In this document: piece by piece, positions 26,893 to 35,662 of the stretch
How the letters are laid out: each line of letters opens with the position of its first letter
Numbering within the stretch: the stretch's first letter is position 1
DNA from: an uncultured bacterium
GTDB lineage: Bacteria > Armatimonadota > Zipacnadia > Zipacnadales > VGFC01
DNA: 38,312 bases
Assembly (NCBI GenBank): GCA_965602825.1
Contig: CBFDAZ010000003.1
Coordinates: forward strand, 1-38,312
Direction: 5' to 3'
The notes under the pieces: model-generated
The model's database searches: none
What the model saw: only the letters and a program-made list of their open reading frames with translations
Told to the model about the DNA's origin: nothing
Program-made: the position numbers and the translations under genes

Positions 26893-27597
26893 ATGATGAG
26901 GGCACTCATCCGAGGCCGTTGCCGTTCCTTCTTCACGAGGGCCGCCGGGCGCCAGCTGCGCGTGTGCGCTCTGGTGCTCATGGCATCTGGACTTGGCCTG
27001 GGCGGCTCGGGCTGCTTGGCTCGGCGCCCCAGGCCCGCCACGCCCCCACCTCGGATGCATACCGGCGCCTCGCGGGAGGCCGTGGTCCACGAGCAGACCA
27101 ACACCGAACACACCGACTCGGAGACCCTCTACAGCGGGGAGGGCTGGACGCTCGCCGTTAGCGATCGCTCGGGGTGGCGGGAAGCCCCGGACGGGGAGGA
27201 CGCAACGCTGAAGTTAGTCTGCGAAGCGGCCGGCATCCGGCTCACTCTTGCGCTCAGGGCATACCCAATCCGCCGGGAGATGCCCGTCGAGAAGTTCTTG
27301 ACGGCCCACGCCATGTGGATGGCGGAGGAAGATGGGCCGCGCGTCGAGTACGAACAGGATGAGCGATCAGGGCAGTGGCACGGCTACGCGATCCATGCCG
27401 ACCGGGAGGCCTACTACGCGTTCTTCTGCTCGGATGACCGAGCGTACGTGATTGAGGCGAGTGCCTCCAGAGGCGTATTGAGTCAGGAGGAGGTGGAGGA
27501 GTTCCGCCGCATCGTGAAGGCTTTCCGCTGCTACCCGAGGCAGCCATCCCGGCCCCCGTTGTCGCCAGATGACGCGAGTTCCAGGGAGGCCTCGTGA
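26893..27597 (+). CDS. hypothetical protein, possible lipoprotein (PsbP/DcrB-like fold guess)
   Basis: Hydrophobic stretch ending GGSG-C and C-terminal 'EFRRIVKAFR' resembling PsbP-like proteins. It sits between folC and an overlapping downstream gene; the start is uncertain. Confidence 0.55.
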   Translation: MMRALIRGRCRSFFTRAAGRQLRVCALVLMASGLGLGGSGCLARRPRPATPPPRMHTGASREAVVHEQTNTEHTDSETLYSGEGWTLAVSDRSGWREAPDGEDATLKLVCEAAGIRLTLALRAYPIRREMPVEKFLTAHAMWMAEEDGPRVEYEQDERSGQWHGYAIHADREAYYAFFCSDDRAYVIEASASRGVLSQEEVEEFRRIVKAFRCYPRQPSRPPLSPDDASSREAS

Positions 27598-28337
27598 AGA
27601 CCGACGCGGCCCTGACATACAAGGCCCTGGAGGCGTACGCCCTGTGCCCGATGCGCTACGAGCTCTACCGCCTCGGGGGACCCGCCAGGCCTTCTGTACG
27701 GCGAGTGGATGCCGCGCGCACGCTCCACGCAGCGGTCAGGCGGTCTCTCGACGAGTGCTATCGCCTGGGCGGCCCGCGGCACTTCCCGGCAGACCGGCTG
27801 CTTGCGCTATTCACCAAGTGCTTCGATGGGAGTGCTGCCACGGACAGCCGCGAGGAGGAGGAGTACTGCCGGATCGGCGCTCAACTCCTGGCTAACTACC
27901 ACGCCGACCACCTGGCGGACGATCCCCACAAGGTCAAGGTGGACGCGCGGCTCAAGGACGAGGTGGACGGGTTCTGCTTCGAAGCCCGTGCCGACCGTTG
28001 CGAGGAGGCCCACGACGGCCGGCTGACCTTTGTCCTCTATACAACTGCCCGGCGACCTCCGAGCGAGAACGCTCTTCAGGACGATCTCCAGACCGCCATC
28101 CTCCAGCTCCTGGCGCAGCAGACCGAGGGACGAGAGGCCGCCGTGGAGGTCCACGCATTGAGGAAGCGCAAGGTCCTCGACGCCACAAAGCCCCCGGAAG
28201 CTCTGGCTCGCGTCCGGGAGCGGGCCGTTGGCCTGGCCGCGGCGATCACCCAAGCAACCGACTACCCGGCAGTCCGGGGACGCCATTGCCGTTGGTGTCA
28301 TGCGCGAGGGGTGTGTCCCAAATGGGCGACCCGCTGA
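27594..28337 (+). CDS. PD-(D/E)XK (RecB/AddB/Cas4-like) family protein with 4-Cys Fe-S staple, degenerate active site
   Basis: 'LTY..LEAYALCPMRY', 'LH', 'ARADR', 'LQ...Q', and C-terminal 'CRWC.....C'. GTGA overlap with the upstream gene. Confidence 0.75.
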   Translation: MKTDAALTYKALEAYALCPMRYELYRLGGPARPSVRRVDAARTLHAAVRRSLDECYRLGGPRHFPADRLLALFTKCFDGSAATDSREEEEYCRIGAQLLANYHADHLADDPHKVKVDARLKDEVDGFCFEARADRCEEAHDGRLTFVLYTTARRPPSENALQDDLQTAILQLLAQQTEGREAAVEVHALRKRKVLDATKPPEALARVRERAVGLAAAITQATDYPAVRGRHCRWCHARGVCPKWATR

Positions 28338-29317
28338 CGCCGGGACGGCATCGGGCGAGCCGGTGGCGAAGCCTCGTCGCAGTCGCGGCGGCGTCCTCGG
28401 TCCCGCTCGCCTGCGCTGGCTCCCCCGCTGACGAAGGCCGGCAGTCGCTCTATGGGCAGCACGTGGTCGCCCATTTCCCCAGGCAGGCGGGCGAGCAGGC
28501 GCACATAGCGGTCGGGGAGGCCGATGAGCTGGCGTCCAATCTCATCAGCGATCTCGGCATTCGTCTGGAGGGCCGAGCCGAAATCATCATCTGCCCCACT
28601 CACGCCGACTTCGAGCGGGCCGCCGGCAAACGGATGCCGATCTGGGTACTCGGACTGGCCAGGCCCGGCGACAACCAGGTGCTCCTGAAAACGGTTCCCC
28701 CCATCTCCTTCCGCAAGCTCGTGCGTCACGAGATAGTCCATCTCTTTGTGGGGCGCGCCCTGGGCTCATACACTGACCGGGCCCCCAGATGGCTGCACGA
28801 GGGGGCCGCCAAGTACTACGCGGGGGACTGGTCAGGTCGCGAGATCGGTCTCCTCGCCGATGCAGCGAGGACCGGCGGACTGCACTCCATTGCCGAACTG
28901 GAGACCTTCCCCACCGACCCGCAGCAGAGCTCCATAGCCTACGCCGAAAGCTACGTGCTGATCGAGCACCTGGTCTCGCTCGACCCAAAGCGCGAACTGA
29001 GCGGCTTCATCACGAATCTCAAGGAGACGGAGGACGTAGGGCGAGCCCTTCGGCGGGCATACGGCCTTTCCACGCCGGAGGTGGAGGCCGGCTGGCGGGA
29101 GCTGATCGCCCGCCGATCCCGCCGCGTTCCCCTGCCGTGGGCCGTCGAGGCCGCGATCTTCTTCGCCATGGTTCTCATCTTCGCAGTGGCATACCTGCGG
29201 GTACGGCGGCGGTCGCGGGAGATACGGGAACGCATGGAGGAGGAGGAGCTCTTGGAACGCCTCTTCGACGAGACACGGCACCGACCAGGGGCCTCCGGGC
29301 CCCGCACCTGGGGTTAG
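28322..29317 (+). CDS. peptidase MA-like zinc metalloprotease with C-terminal membrane anchor
   Basis: HEIVH, PRWLHEG and AYAES motifs; TM 'AIFFAMVLIFAVAYL' followed by RVRRR. Confidence 0.85.
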   Translation: MGDPLTPGRHRASRWRSLVAVAAASSVPLACAGSPADEGRQSLYGQHVVAHFPRQAGEQAHIAVGEADELASNLISDLGIRLEGRAEIIICPTHADFERAAGKRMPIWVLGLARPGDNQVLLKTVPPISFRKLVRHEIVHLFVGRALGSYTDRAPRWLHEGAAKYYAGDWSGREIGLLADAARTGGLHSIAELETFPTDPQQSSIAYAESYVLIEHLVSLDPKRELSGFITNLKETEDVGRALRRAYGLSTPEVEAGWRELIARRSRRVPLPWAVEAAIFFAMVLIFAVAYLRVRRRSREIRERMEEEELLERLFDETRHRPGASGPRTWG

Positions 29318-29340
29318 GGCTGCGACGGCAGCCCGGCGGA

Positions 29341-29988
29341 CTACCGTTTGCTCAGACCCTCAAGGGCGTCAGGTACGTCTCGGAACCTCTCGACGATGAG
29401 GGCGCCATCCGGCGCACTACATCCGCCGACCTGAAGACACTTCATCCCCATTGCCAGCGCCGGCTCCAAGTTCCGTGGGTTATCCTCCACCAGGACGACG
29501 TCCCGAGGTGAAGCGCTCAGCGCCGCCAGCACCTTCCGGTAGAAGTGTGGCGAGGGCTTGGGGTGGTAGTCCGAGAACTCGATGGCGAAGATGCCGCGGA
29601 AGCAGTGGCTGACCCCCAGCGCGGCGAGGACACGTTCCGCATACCGGCGAGTGGCGTTGGTGAAGACATAGCACGGCAGGCTGACCCGCAACAGCGCGGC
29701 CTCCAGCTCGGGGTCCGGCGACACATGTGCCGAGGGATCCACCGAGTCCACGGCAAAGCGGTTCAGCGCCCGTTCATCGATATCATAGCGGAAGTTCAGC
29801 CCGCGCGCAGTGGTGCCGAAGTCACGCCAAAGCTCCCTCCGCAGCGCGTCAGCCCGGTCCCAAAGCAGACCGGTGCGCAGGGCGATGAAGGTCGTGATGC
29901 GGCGATCGACGCTGCGGATCAGCGCGCCTCCGGGCTCGTAGAGTGTCTCGTCGAGGTCCACCAGGACTGCCTGCATAATGGGTCCCAT
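29341..29988 (-). CDS. HAD-IA hydrolase, pyrimidine 5'-nucleotidase-like
   Basis: DLDETLY, FTNA, KP and VEDNPRNL motifs I-IV. Confidence 0.9.
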   Translation of the reverse strand: MGPIMQAVLVDLDETLYEPGGALIRSVDRRITTFIALRTGLLWDRADALRRELWRDFGTTARGLNFRYDIDERALNRFAVDSVDPSAHVSPDPELEAALLRVSLPCYVFTNATRRYAERVLAALGVSHCFRGIFAIEFSDYHPKPSPHFYRKVLAALSASPRDVVLVEDNPRNLEPALAMGMKCLQVGGCSAPDGALIVERFRDVPDALEGLSKR

Positions 29989-29996
29989 TCGGCAAG

Positions 29997-30026
29997 CCGG
30001 CCGAGCCCCTGAGCTGGCTCGGCCGG
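29997..30026. terminator. hairpin between the Pro/Thr-rich gene and the HAD gene
   Basis: 11-bp stem CCGGCCGAGCC / GGCTCGGCCGG with an 8-nt loop. Confidence 0.35.
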
Positions 30027-30080
30027 ATCGTGTTCGGCAGTTGGCAACGAAGGAGCGGGCGGGCCCGACTTCGTGCCCCG

Positions 30081-31256
30081 CTAGTCCGGGATCGGGACTC
30101 CCATGGTGGTGAGCGCTTCATCCACCTTGGCTTCCGCGGTGTCGAAGTCCTCCGTGGTGAAGAACGCCTTGCGGGCCTCCCTCAAGAACTGGGTGACCGT
30201 CGCCAGGTCCGGCCCGCCCGTCGCTCTCAGCTCGGCGTAAGGCTTCTCAGCCGCCTTGAACTTGCGGCCGATCCGCTCCTTCTGAGGCACCCTCACCCGG
30301 CTTGGATCCACGCCGGGCGGCACTTCCGGGGTCGTCGCCGTGCCGACCTCGGGTACGGTCGGCACCGTTGGCACGGTCGGCGGCGTCGGCCCGGTGGGGA
30401 TGGTCGGGACGGTCGGCACCGTCGGCGGCTCCGTGGGCCCTACCGTCGGTGGCTCTACGGTGATCGGCCGCGGCGGCCGGGGCGTGTCGGCAATCGTGCC
30501 CTGCTCGCGGACCTCCGCCATGAACGGCTCCAGGTTACCCAGGAGGTTGCTGGCCAGGCGGTCGCGCCCCGCCAGGTACTCGTCCTCCGTCAGGGCCCTG
30601 ACGCTGTTGAAGGCATCGAGCAGAAGGAGGAGCGCGGCACTTCTCGGCGTCTTGCTCGGCTCGGCAGGCTGAACGGCCGTGGTCGTGCCGGGGACGGTGT
30701 CGCCGGTAGGTGTCGTACTCGCCCCCGGCGTGGGAGGGCGGTGGGCAGTGGACGGCTCGTTGTCCGGTATCGCCGGCCGGACACCCGTAGGCGGGGCTCC
30801 GGTCGTCTCGGAAGCGGTCGGCACCCGAGGCACCGGAGTGGTGGGCGTCTCTCCTGACGTCGGCGTCACCGGTAGCCGGCTGACCGGCGTCGCCTTCGGC
30901 AGAGCCAGCCTGATCTGGCGCATCCAAATCGCCGCCAGCGCCTTCGGCTCGATGCTCTGGGCCGCCGCGTCACCTGCGTAGACGCCGATCACGGCCCGCT
31001 CGCCGCAGAACACGGTATGAACGCCATCGACCTCGCGCACCTTCACTTTCGGGTTCTGTGTGTCTTCGTAGGATATGACGTCATCGATCCGCTGGTCGAT
31101 CTTGGCGGCCCGGGATGCCAGCGAGTCGTAGGGGCCCTTGTCGCGGACGCGGGCGACGATCTGTCCCCCGATCACGATCTCAACGCTTTCCTGTGCCACG
31201 ACAGCGCCCACCACCAAGGCGGCAACGACCACCAGCATCGCCCGGAAGACTCGCAT
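30081..31256 (-). CDS. secreted hypothetical protein with Pro/Thr-rich linkers
   Basis: RBS AAGGAG and signal peptide (..AVVA-QE). Three short folded segments are separated by PT-rich tracts including PTV-type repeats. Confidence 0.8.
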   Translation of the reverse strand: MRVFRAMLVVVAALVVGAVVAQESVEIVIGGQIVARVRDKGPYDSLASRAAKIDQRIDDVISYEDTQNPKVKVREVDGVHTVFCGERAVIGVYAGDAAAQSIEPKALAAIWMRQIRLALPKATPVSRLPVTPTSGETPTTPVPRVPTASETTGAPPTGVRPAIPDNEPSTAHRPPTPGASTTPTGDTVPGTTTAVQPAEPSKTPRSAALLLLLDAFNSVRALTEDEYLAGRDRLASNLLGNLEPFMAEVREQGTIADTPRPPRPITVEPPTVGPTEPPTVPTVPTIPTGPTPPTVPTVPTVPEVGTATTPEVPPGVDPSRVRVPQKERIGRKFKAAEKPYAELRATGGPDLATVTQFLREARKAFFTTEDFDTAEAKVDEALTTMGVPIPD

Positions 31257-31321
31257 GGCCTTATCTCCTTCGCGGGTGCCTGAAAACACAGCGATTCAGA
31301 AGCGTAACGGCTTCCGGGCCA

Positions 31322-31350
31322 ACTATATACAAGGGAGACGGTCAAGTCAA
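31322..31350 (-). promoter_or_regulatory. sigma70 promoter for the Pro/Thr-rich gene
   Basis: Minus strand reads TTGACT-17 nt-TATAGT. Confidence 0.7.
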
Positions 31351-31478
31351 GCACGCGAGGCCGACCCCTCCGCCAGCCCACAAATGCCTCCTGGGACGCA
31401 ATGCAATGGAGGTGGCAGAAGCCTTGCAGCAGAAGGAAGCGGTGCCATCTCATACAGAGGAATGCGAGGTTGGGGGAA

Positions 31479-31835
31479 ATGCGTATCTGCCCGCGGTGCA
31501 CGAAAGTGCTGGAGGAGAAGACCATCGTCGGGATCACGCTGGAGGGCTGCCCCGGTTGCGGGGGGGCGTGGTTCGACCAGGGCGAGCTGAACGACATCGC
31601 GAAGCTCGACCCTTCGGCGCTCATCACGATCGATCAAGCTTTCAGCAATACGCTCGCTAGCCCTCCTTACGATCGGAGCCTTCGTTGCCCCGTATGCCTG
31701 GACACACTGCAGACCTTTGAATTCGACCACTTCCCGGGGACCAAGCTGGACGGCTGCAAGGACTGCCGCGGGATATGGGTCGACGATGGAGAGCTGACGC
31801 AGATCGCCGAACGGATCCAGAAGATCAAGCGCTGA
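31479..31835 (+). CDS. tandem zf-TFIIB zinc-ribbon protein
   Basis: Two repeats of CPxC...CxxCxGxWxDxGEL. Confidence 0.88.
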   Translation: MRICPRCTKVLEEKTIVGITLEGCPGCGGAWFDQGELNDIAKLDPSALITIDQAFSNTLASPPYDRSLRCPVCLDTLQTFEFDHFPGTKLDGCKDCRGIWVDDGELTQIAERIQKIKR

Positions 31836-31841
31836 GCCCGG

Positions 31842-32720
31842 TCAGTCGTCGACCTCTGCCGTAACGATCACGAAGTCCTGTCCGCGACCCGTGGGCCGGT
31901 CTTCGTCTCGCTTCCACCACATCGGCCCCTCCACCAGCAGGGACTGCCACTCCGGCCAGACGCACGACACGGTGACCTCCGGCAAGAACCAGATGTCCCC
32001 TATTCCCGGGCCACAGGACAGGCACAGGCCCGGGCGGTCCGGTTGCTTCGCGGCCTCGCTCGATCCGGGCTCCTCCGGACCCTCTCGCGCGATGCGCCCC
32101 AAAGCCAGCGTGACCCACACTTCTCCGGCCTCCGTGAGGACCGGCTTGGCCTGGAACAGGAACTCCGGGTCGGTCTCAGGATCGCCCGCGTAGATGGCGC
32201 TCCAGGAGCCGTCGAGCGCGCTCACGGTACGTTCCTGCAGAACGGTGGCCTGACCGGCCTCAACGAGCTCTTGCACGCGGTCCATCCAATCCCCCGGCGC
32301 CACCCGCAAGGGAATCGGCTCCCTTCCCTCGCCCTGTGCAAGCGAGCCGGCTGTCGGCGGACCGGCGGGTCTACCCACCAGCATGCCAGGATCGGTCACC
32401 CGTACGTGTCGGCATGACAGCGTCACCGTCCGTCTGGGCACATCGAGCAGGCCGAAGACGTTCCTGAGCGCCCCGAGCGCCGCCGCCGAGCCCTCGACTT
32501 CGATGGCGTTGACGTCCGCCTTCACCTTGACCCCAGCTCGTAGCTCGGCCCAATGGGGCTGCAACTCCTCGACCCACGGTGACTTGGCGAGGATCAACTC
32601 GTCAAGCAGCTTCGGCAGGCCGACCGCGGCAGCGTGATCCAGGTAGAAGACCTTCGACGCCGCGTCTGCGGCGGGCGCTGCGACAACCGCAAGCAATGTG
32701 AGCATCCCAAACAGCCGCAT
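31842..32720 (-). CDS. secreted protein with secretin N3/NolW-like region
   Basis: ATG 32720 with signal peptide (..APAADA). 'KVFYLDH', 'NAIEVEGS' and 'LLDVPRRTV' resemble the NolW repeat and its junction to a secretin core. Confidence 0.6.
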   Translation of the reverse strand: MRLFGMLTLLAVVAAPAADAASKVFYLDHAAAVGLPKLLDELILAKSPWVEELQPHWAELRAGVKVKADVNAIEVEGSAAALGALRNVFGLLDVPRRTVTLSCRHVRVTDPGMLVGRPAGPPTAGSLAQGEGREPIPLRVAPGDWMDRVQELVEAGQATVLQERTVSALDGSWSAIYAGDPETDPEFLFQAKPVLTEAGEVWVTLALGRIAREGPEEPGSSEAAKQPDRPGLCLSCGPGIGDIWFLPEVTVSCVWPEWQSLLVEGPMWWKRDEDRPTGRGQDFVIVTAEVDD

Positions 32721-32825
32721 GCTGGGCCTCCCATCAGGTCCGTTGTGTGCCTTCGCACCTACTAACGGCTTCCCACGAGGTGAAGTTGCGGCGCCCCGAC
32801 ATTCTGGCCCGGCCCGCCGTGTCCC

Positions 32826-32854
32826 TTGACAGGGGCCTGCGCGAACCGTAGAAT
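32826..32854 (+). promoter_or_regulatory. sigma70 promoter (leaderless geometry)
   Basis: TTGACA-17 nt-TAGAAT followed by 7 nt and then GTG 32862; no Shine-Dalgarno. Confidence 0.8.
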
Positions 32855-32861
32855 CGCCGCC

Positions 32862-34820
32862 GTGCAACCGCAAGCCCCGCCCGCAGAATCCGCGCCGACG
32901 GCGCGCTCTCGCCCGACGGTTACGCCCCGCGCAATCATCCTCGGCCTCCTGCTGATGCCGGTGAACGCGTACTGGGTGACCGTTGTCGAGGTCCGCTGGT
33001 ACTCCCTGGACGGCTCGTGCCTGCCGCTGTTCATCACGCCGATCTTCATCCTCTTTTGTCTGGCCGTCGTCAACCTGCTCCTCCGCCGCATCGCGCCCAA
33101 GAGCACGTTCACGCAGTCGGAGCTGCTCGTCATCTACATCATGATCGTGATCGGCGAGACGCTCTGCGGTCACGATTTCGTGCAGAACCTGTTCGGCGTC
33201 CTGGGGCACCCGTTCCGCTTCGCAAGCCCCGAGAACAAGTGGGAAGTGCTGTTCCACCAGTACCTGCCGCACTGGCTGGTGGTGTCGGACGAGGCAGCAC
33301 TGAAGGGTTTCTACGAGGGGGATGCCACCTGGTGGCACCCCAAGAACCTCGTGCCGATGCTCACGCCACTGGGGTGGTGGGCACTGTGGCTGATGGTGCT
33401 GATCTTCGTGCTGTTCTGCTTCAATGTCCTCATCCGCAAGCCATGGGCGGAGCACGAGAAGCTGGCGTTCCCCCTGATCGTCCTGCCTCTGGAGTTGACG
33501 CGGGGCCAGGAGACCGCCCGCTTCTTCCGCAATCGGCTGATGTGGGTCGGCTTTGGGATTGCCCTCGGCATTGACCTGCTGAACGGTCTGCATGCTTTCT
33601 ATCCCGGGGTGCCGTGGATCGAGTACGTCAAGCAGTACGACCTTCACCAGCACCTGCGGGGAGCGCCCTGGGATTTCCTCGGTCGCTTCACGATAAGCCT
33701 CTACCCCTTTGCGATTGGGCTGGCTTTCTTCCTGCCCACCGATCTCTCGTTCTCGTGCTGGTTCTTCTACCTCTTCGCCAAGGCCGAGCTGCTGATCTGT
33801 GGCATGGCCGGCTCGCAGCAGATCCAGGGCATGCCGTACCTCAACGAGCAGGCCGGCGGCGCCTGGATTGCGCTGGCCATCTCCGGCCTGTGGGCAGCCC
33901 GGCGGCACCTGATCGCCGTCTGGCGACACATCATCGGCCAGGGCGATGCCCTCGCCGATGCCGACGAGCCGTTCTCGTACCGTTTCGCCGCCGCGGGGAT
34001 CGGCGTTGGGACGATCATTCTTGTCATCTTCGCCATGCAGGCCGGCATGAACGCTCCAACGATCGTTGGCTTCCTGGTTATCTTCTACTTGCTCAGTCTG
34101 GCCATGACACGGGTTCGGGCCGAGTTCGGGGCACCACACGAGATCTACTTCGTCAACCCTCACCGCCTGATGGTTCAGGTCGCTGGAGCCCAGGCGTTCG
34201 GCCCGCAAACCCTTACCGCGCTTTCGACGACCTACTGGTTCAACCGGTGCTACCGCTGCCACCCGATGCCCAATCAGCTCGAAGCCCTCAAGATGACTGA
34301 GTTCACCGACCTGGACCGCCGGTGGCTGGCGCGGGCGATGATCCTGGCGACGGCGTTCGCCATCATCACGGCCTATTGGGCGAACATGACGGTGACCTTC
34401 CGCGAGGGAGCCAGCGCCCGCTGTCAGGGCTACAAGAGCTGGGTCGGTTGGGAGACGTACAACCGACTGCGGTCCTGGATCGACGTCCCACCGGAGGCGG
34501 ACTATCGGGCGATAGTCTTCATGGCCGTCGGCGCGGCCTTCATGTTCGTCCTCAAGGCCCTCCGTTTCCGCTTCACCTCGCTCCCCTTCCACCCGGCGGG
34601 GTATGCGCTGGCGATCAGCTTCGCGATGGACTACTTCTGGTTCGCCTTCCTGATCAGTTGGCTCATCAAGGTCATCGTGACCCACTACTGGGGCATGAAG
34701 GTGCACCGCGAGGGCGTCAACTTCTTCCTGGGTTTGATCCTCGGAGACTACGTCTGCGGCTCCATCTGGGCCATCATCGGCCCCGCCATCGGCAGACGCA
34801 ACTACAAGATCTTCATTTGA
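32862..34820 (+). CDS. polytopic membrane protein, DUF6785/DUF6784 (OPT-like putative peptide transporter)
   Basis: Many TM segments with 'RAIILGL', 'ELLVIY', 'W...EKLAFP', 'LSFSCWFFYL', 'PFHPAGY' and 'FFLGLILG'. Confidence 0.8.
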   Translation: MQPQAPPAESAPTARSRPTVTPRAIILGLLLMPVNAYWVTVVEVRWYSLDGSCLPLFITPIFILFCLAVVNLLLRRIAPKSTFTQSELLVIYIMIVIGETLCGHDFVQNLFGVLGHPFRFASPENKWEVLFHQYLPHWLVVSDEAALKGFYEGDATWWHPKNLVPMLTPLGWWALWLMVLIFVLFCFNVLIRKPWAEHEKLAFPLIVLPLELTRGQETARFFRNRLMWVGFGIALGIDLLNGLHAFYPGVPWIEYVKQYDLHQHLRGAPWDFLGRFTISLYPFAIGLAFFLPTDLSFSCWFFYLFAKAELLICGMAGSQQIQGMPYLNEQAGGAWIALAISGLWAARRHLIAVWRHIIGQGDALADADEPFSYRFAAAGIGVGTIILVIFAMQAGMNAPTIVGFLVIFYLLSLAMTRVRAEFGAPHEIYFVNPHRLMVQVAGAQAFGPQTLTALSTTYWFNRCYRCHPMPNQLEALKMTEFTDLDRRWLARAMILATAFAIITAYWANMTVTFREGASARCQGYKSWVGWETYNRLRSWIDVPPEADYRAIVFMAVGAAFMFVLKALRFRFTSLPFHPAGYALAISFAMDYFWFAFLISWLIKVIVTHYWGMKVHREGVNFFLGLILGDYVCGSIWAIIGPAIGRRNYKIFI

Positions 34821-34943
34821 GCCGGTTCCGGCCAAAGTAGCGGAGGCTAACCAACTCGGCGGACGCCTGTCGGCCGCGGGCTGTGCCGGGAACGACGGCT
34901 GGGCCAACTCCCCTCCGCACACCATCTTCGGGGGCAGCGAGTC

Positions 34944-34972
34944 TTGGCAGGCCAGCGGTTGTGTGGTATGAT
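34944..34972 (+). promoter_or_regulatory. sigma70 promoter of the MNT/HEPN operon
   Basis: TTGGCA-17 nt-TATGAT with extended TGn. Confidence 0.7.
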
Positions 34973-34973
34973 T

Positions 34974-35009
34974 GCTCATGAATGTGAGCGCAAGCTCATT
35001 CAAATGAGC
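34974..35009. promoter_or_regulatory. tandem palindromic operators GCTCA-N6-TGAGC
   Basis: GCTCAtgaatgTGAGC (34974-34989) and GCTCAttcaaaTGAGC (34994-35009), a 20-bp period, overlapping the predicted transcription start. Confidence 0.75.
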
Positions 35010-35032
35010 AATCGCGTCTCGGAGCAACCGAC

Positions 35033-35662
35033 ATGTGGCTCAAGGAACCCCTCGCTGACCTCCTGTCTTCCAAAGCGAAGGTTGCCATCCTTCGCGTGGT
35101 CTGCCATGCGAACGCCCCTCTGAGCGGCCGCGAGATCGCGCGCCGGGCGGGCGTGTGGTCCAGTGCGGCATCCAGGGCCCTGGGCGAACTCACGGCCTCC
35201 GGCATCCTGTCGTGTCGCGACCATGGGCGGGCGAAGACCTACGAGCTGCAGAACACGGACGTGCCTCTCGTGGCCAGTCTACGCGAGCTGTTCACGGCGG
35301 AAGCTGACAGGTACCGTGGGTTCATCGCTGACGTAGTCCACGAGGTGCCGGAAGCTCTGACGGTGCTACTCTTCGGCAGTGAAGCACGCAAGGAAGCCGG
35401 GCCGAGCAGCGACACCGACGTCCTGATCGTGGTGGAGCAGGGGGATGAGACGCTGGAGCAGCGGATCGTGGAGCGTTGCCTCGACATCGCCATGCGACAC
35501 GGGATAGCCCTGTCCTGGCATGTCGCCGACCTGCACGACCTCCGGGAGTGGGAGGCCACGGACAACCCGTTCTGGAGGAATGTCACGCAGGAAAGCATCA
35601 GGCTACACGGCAACTCCTTGGAGGCCCTGAGACGCCGATGGCAAGATGGCAAGGCTTCCTGA
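35033..35662 (+). CDS. winged-HTH fused minimal nucleotidyltransferase (MNT) antitoxin-like protein
   Basis: N-terminal HTH 'LSGREIARRAGV..SAASRALGEL..SGIL' and Pol-beta NTase motif 'LFGSEAR.E..PSSDTDVL'. Confidence 0.85.
   Translation: MWLKEPLADLLSSKAKVAILRVVCHANAPLSGREIARRAGVWSSAASRALGELTASGILSCRDHGRAKTYELQNTDVPLVASLRELFTAEADRYRGFIADVVHEVPEALTVLLFGSEARKEAGPSSDTDVLIVVEQGDETLEQRIVERCLDIAMRHGIALSWHVADLHDLREWEATDNPFWRNVTQESIRLHGNSLEALRRRWQDGKAS

Noticed and set aside
27594-28337. Cas4 / CRISPR association
   Set aside because: There are no cas genes or repeat-spacer array in the window; the Fe-S staple is shared with non-CRISPR RecB-like proteins.
31842-35027. 1061-aa minus-strand ORF
   Set aside because: The first ~770 codons are the antisense shadow of the DUF6785 gene, which is common in high-GC DNA. 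Only the part from ATG 32720, with a signal peptide, looks like a real protein.
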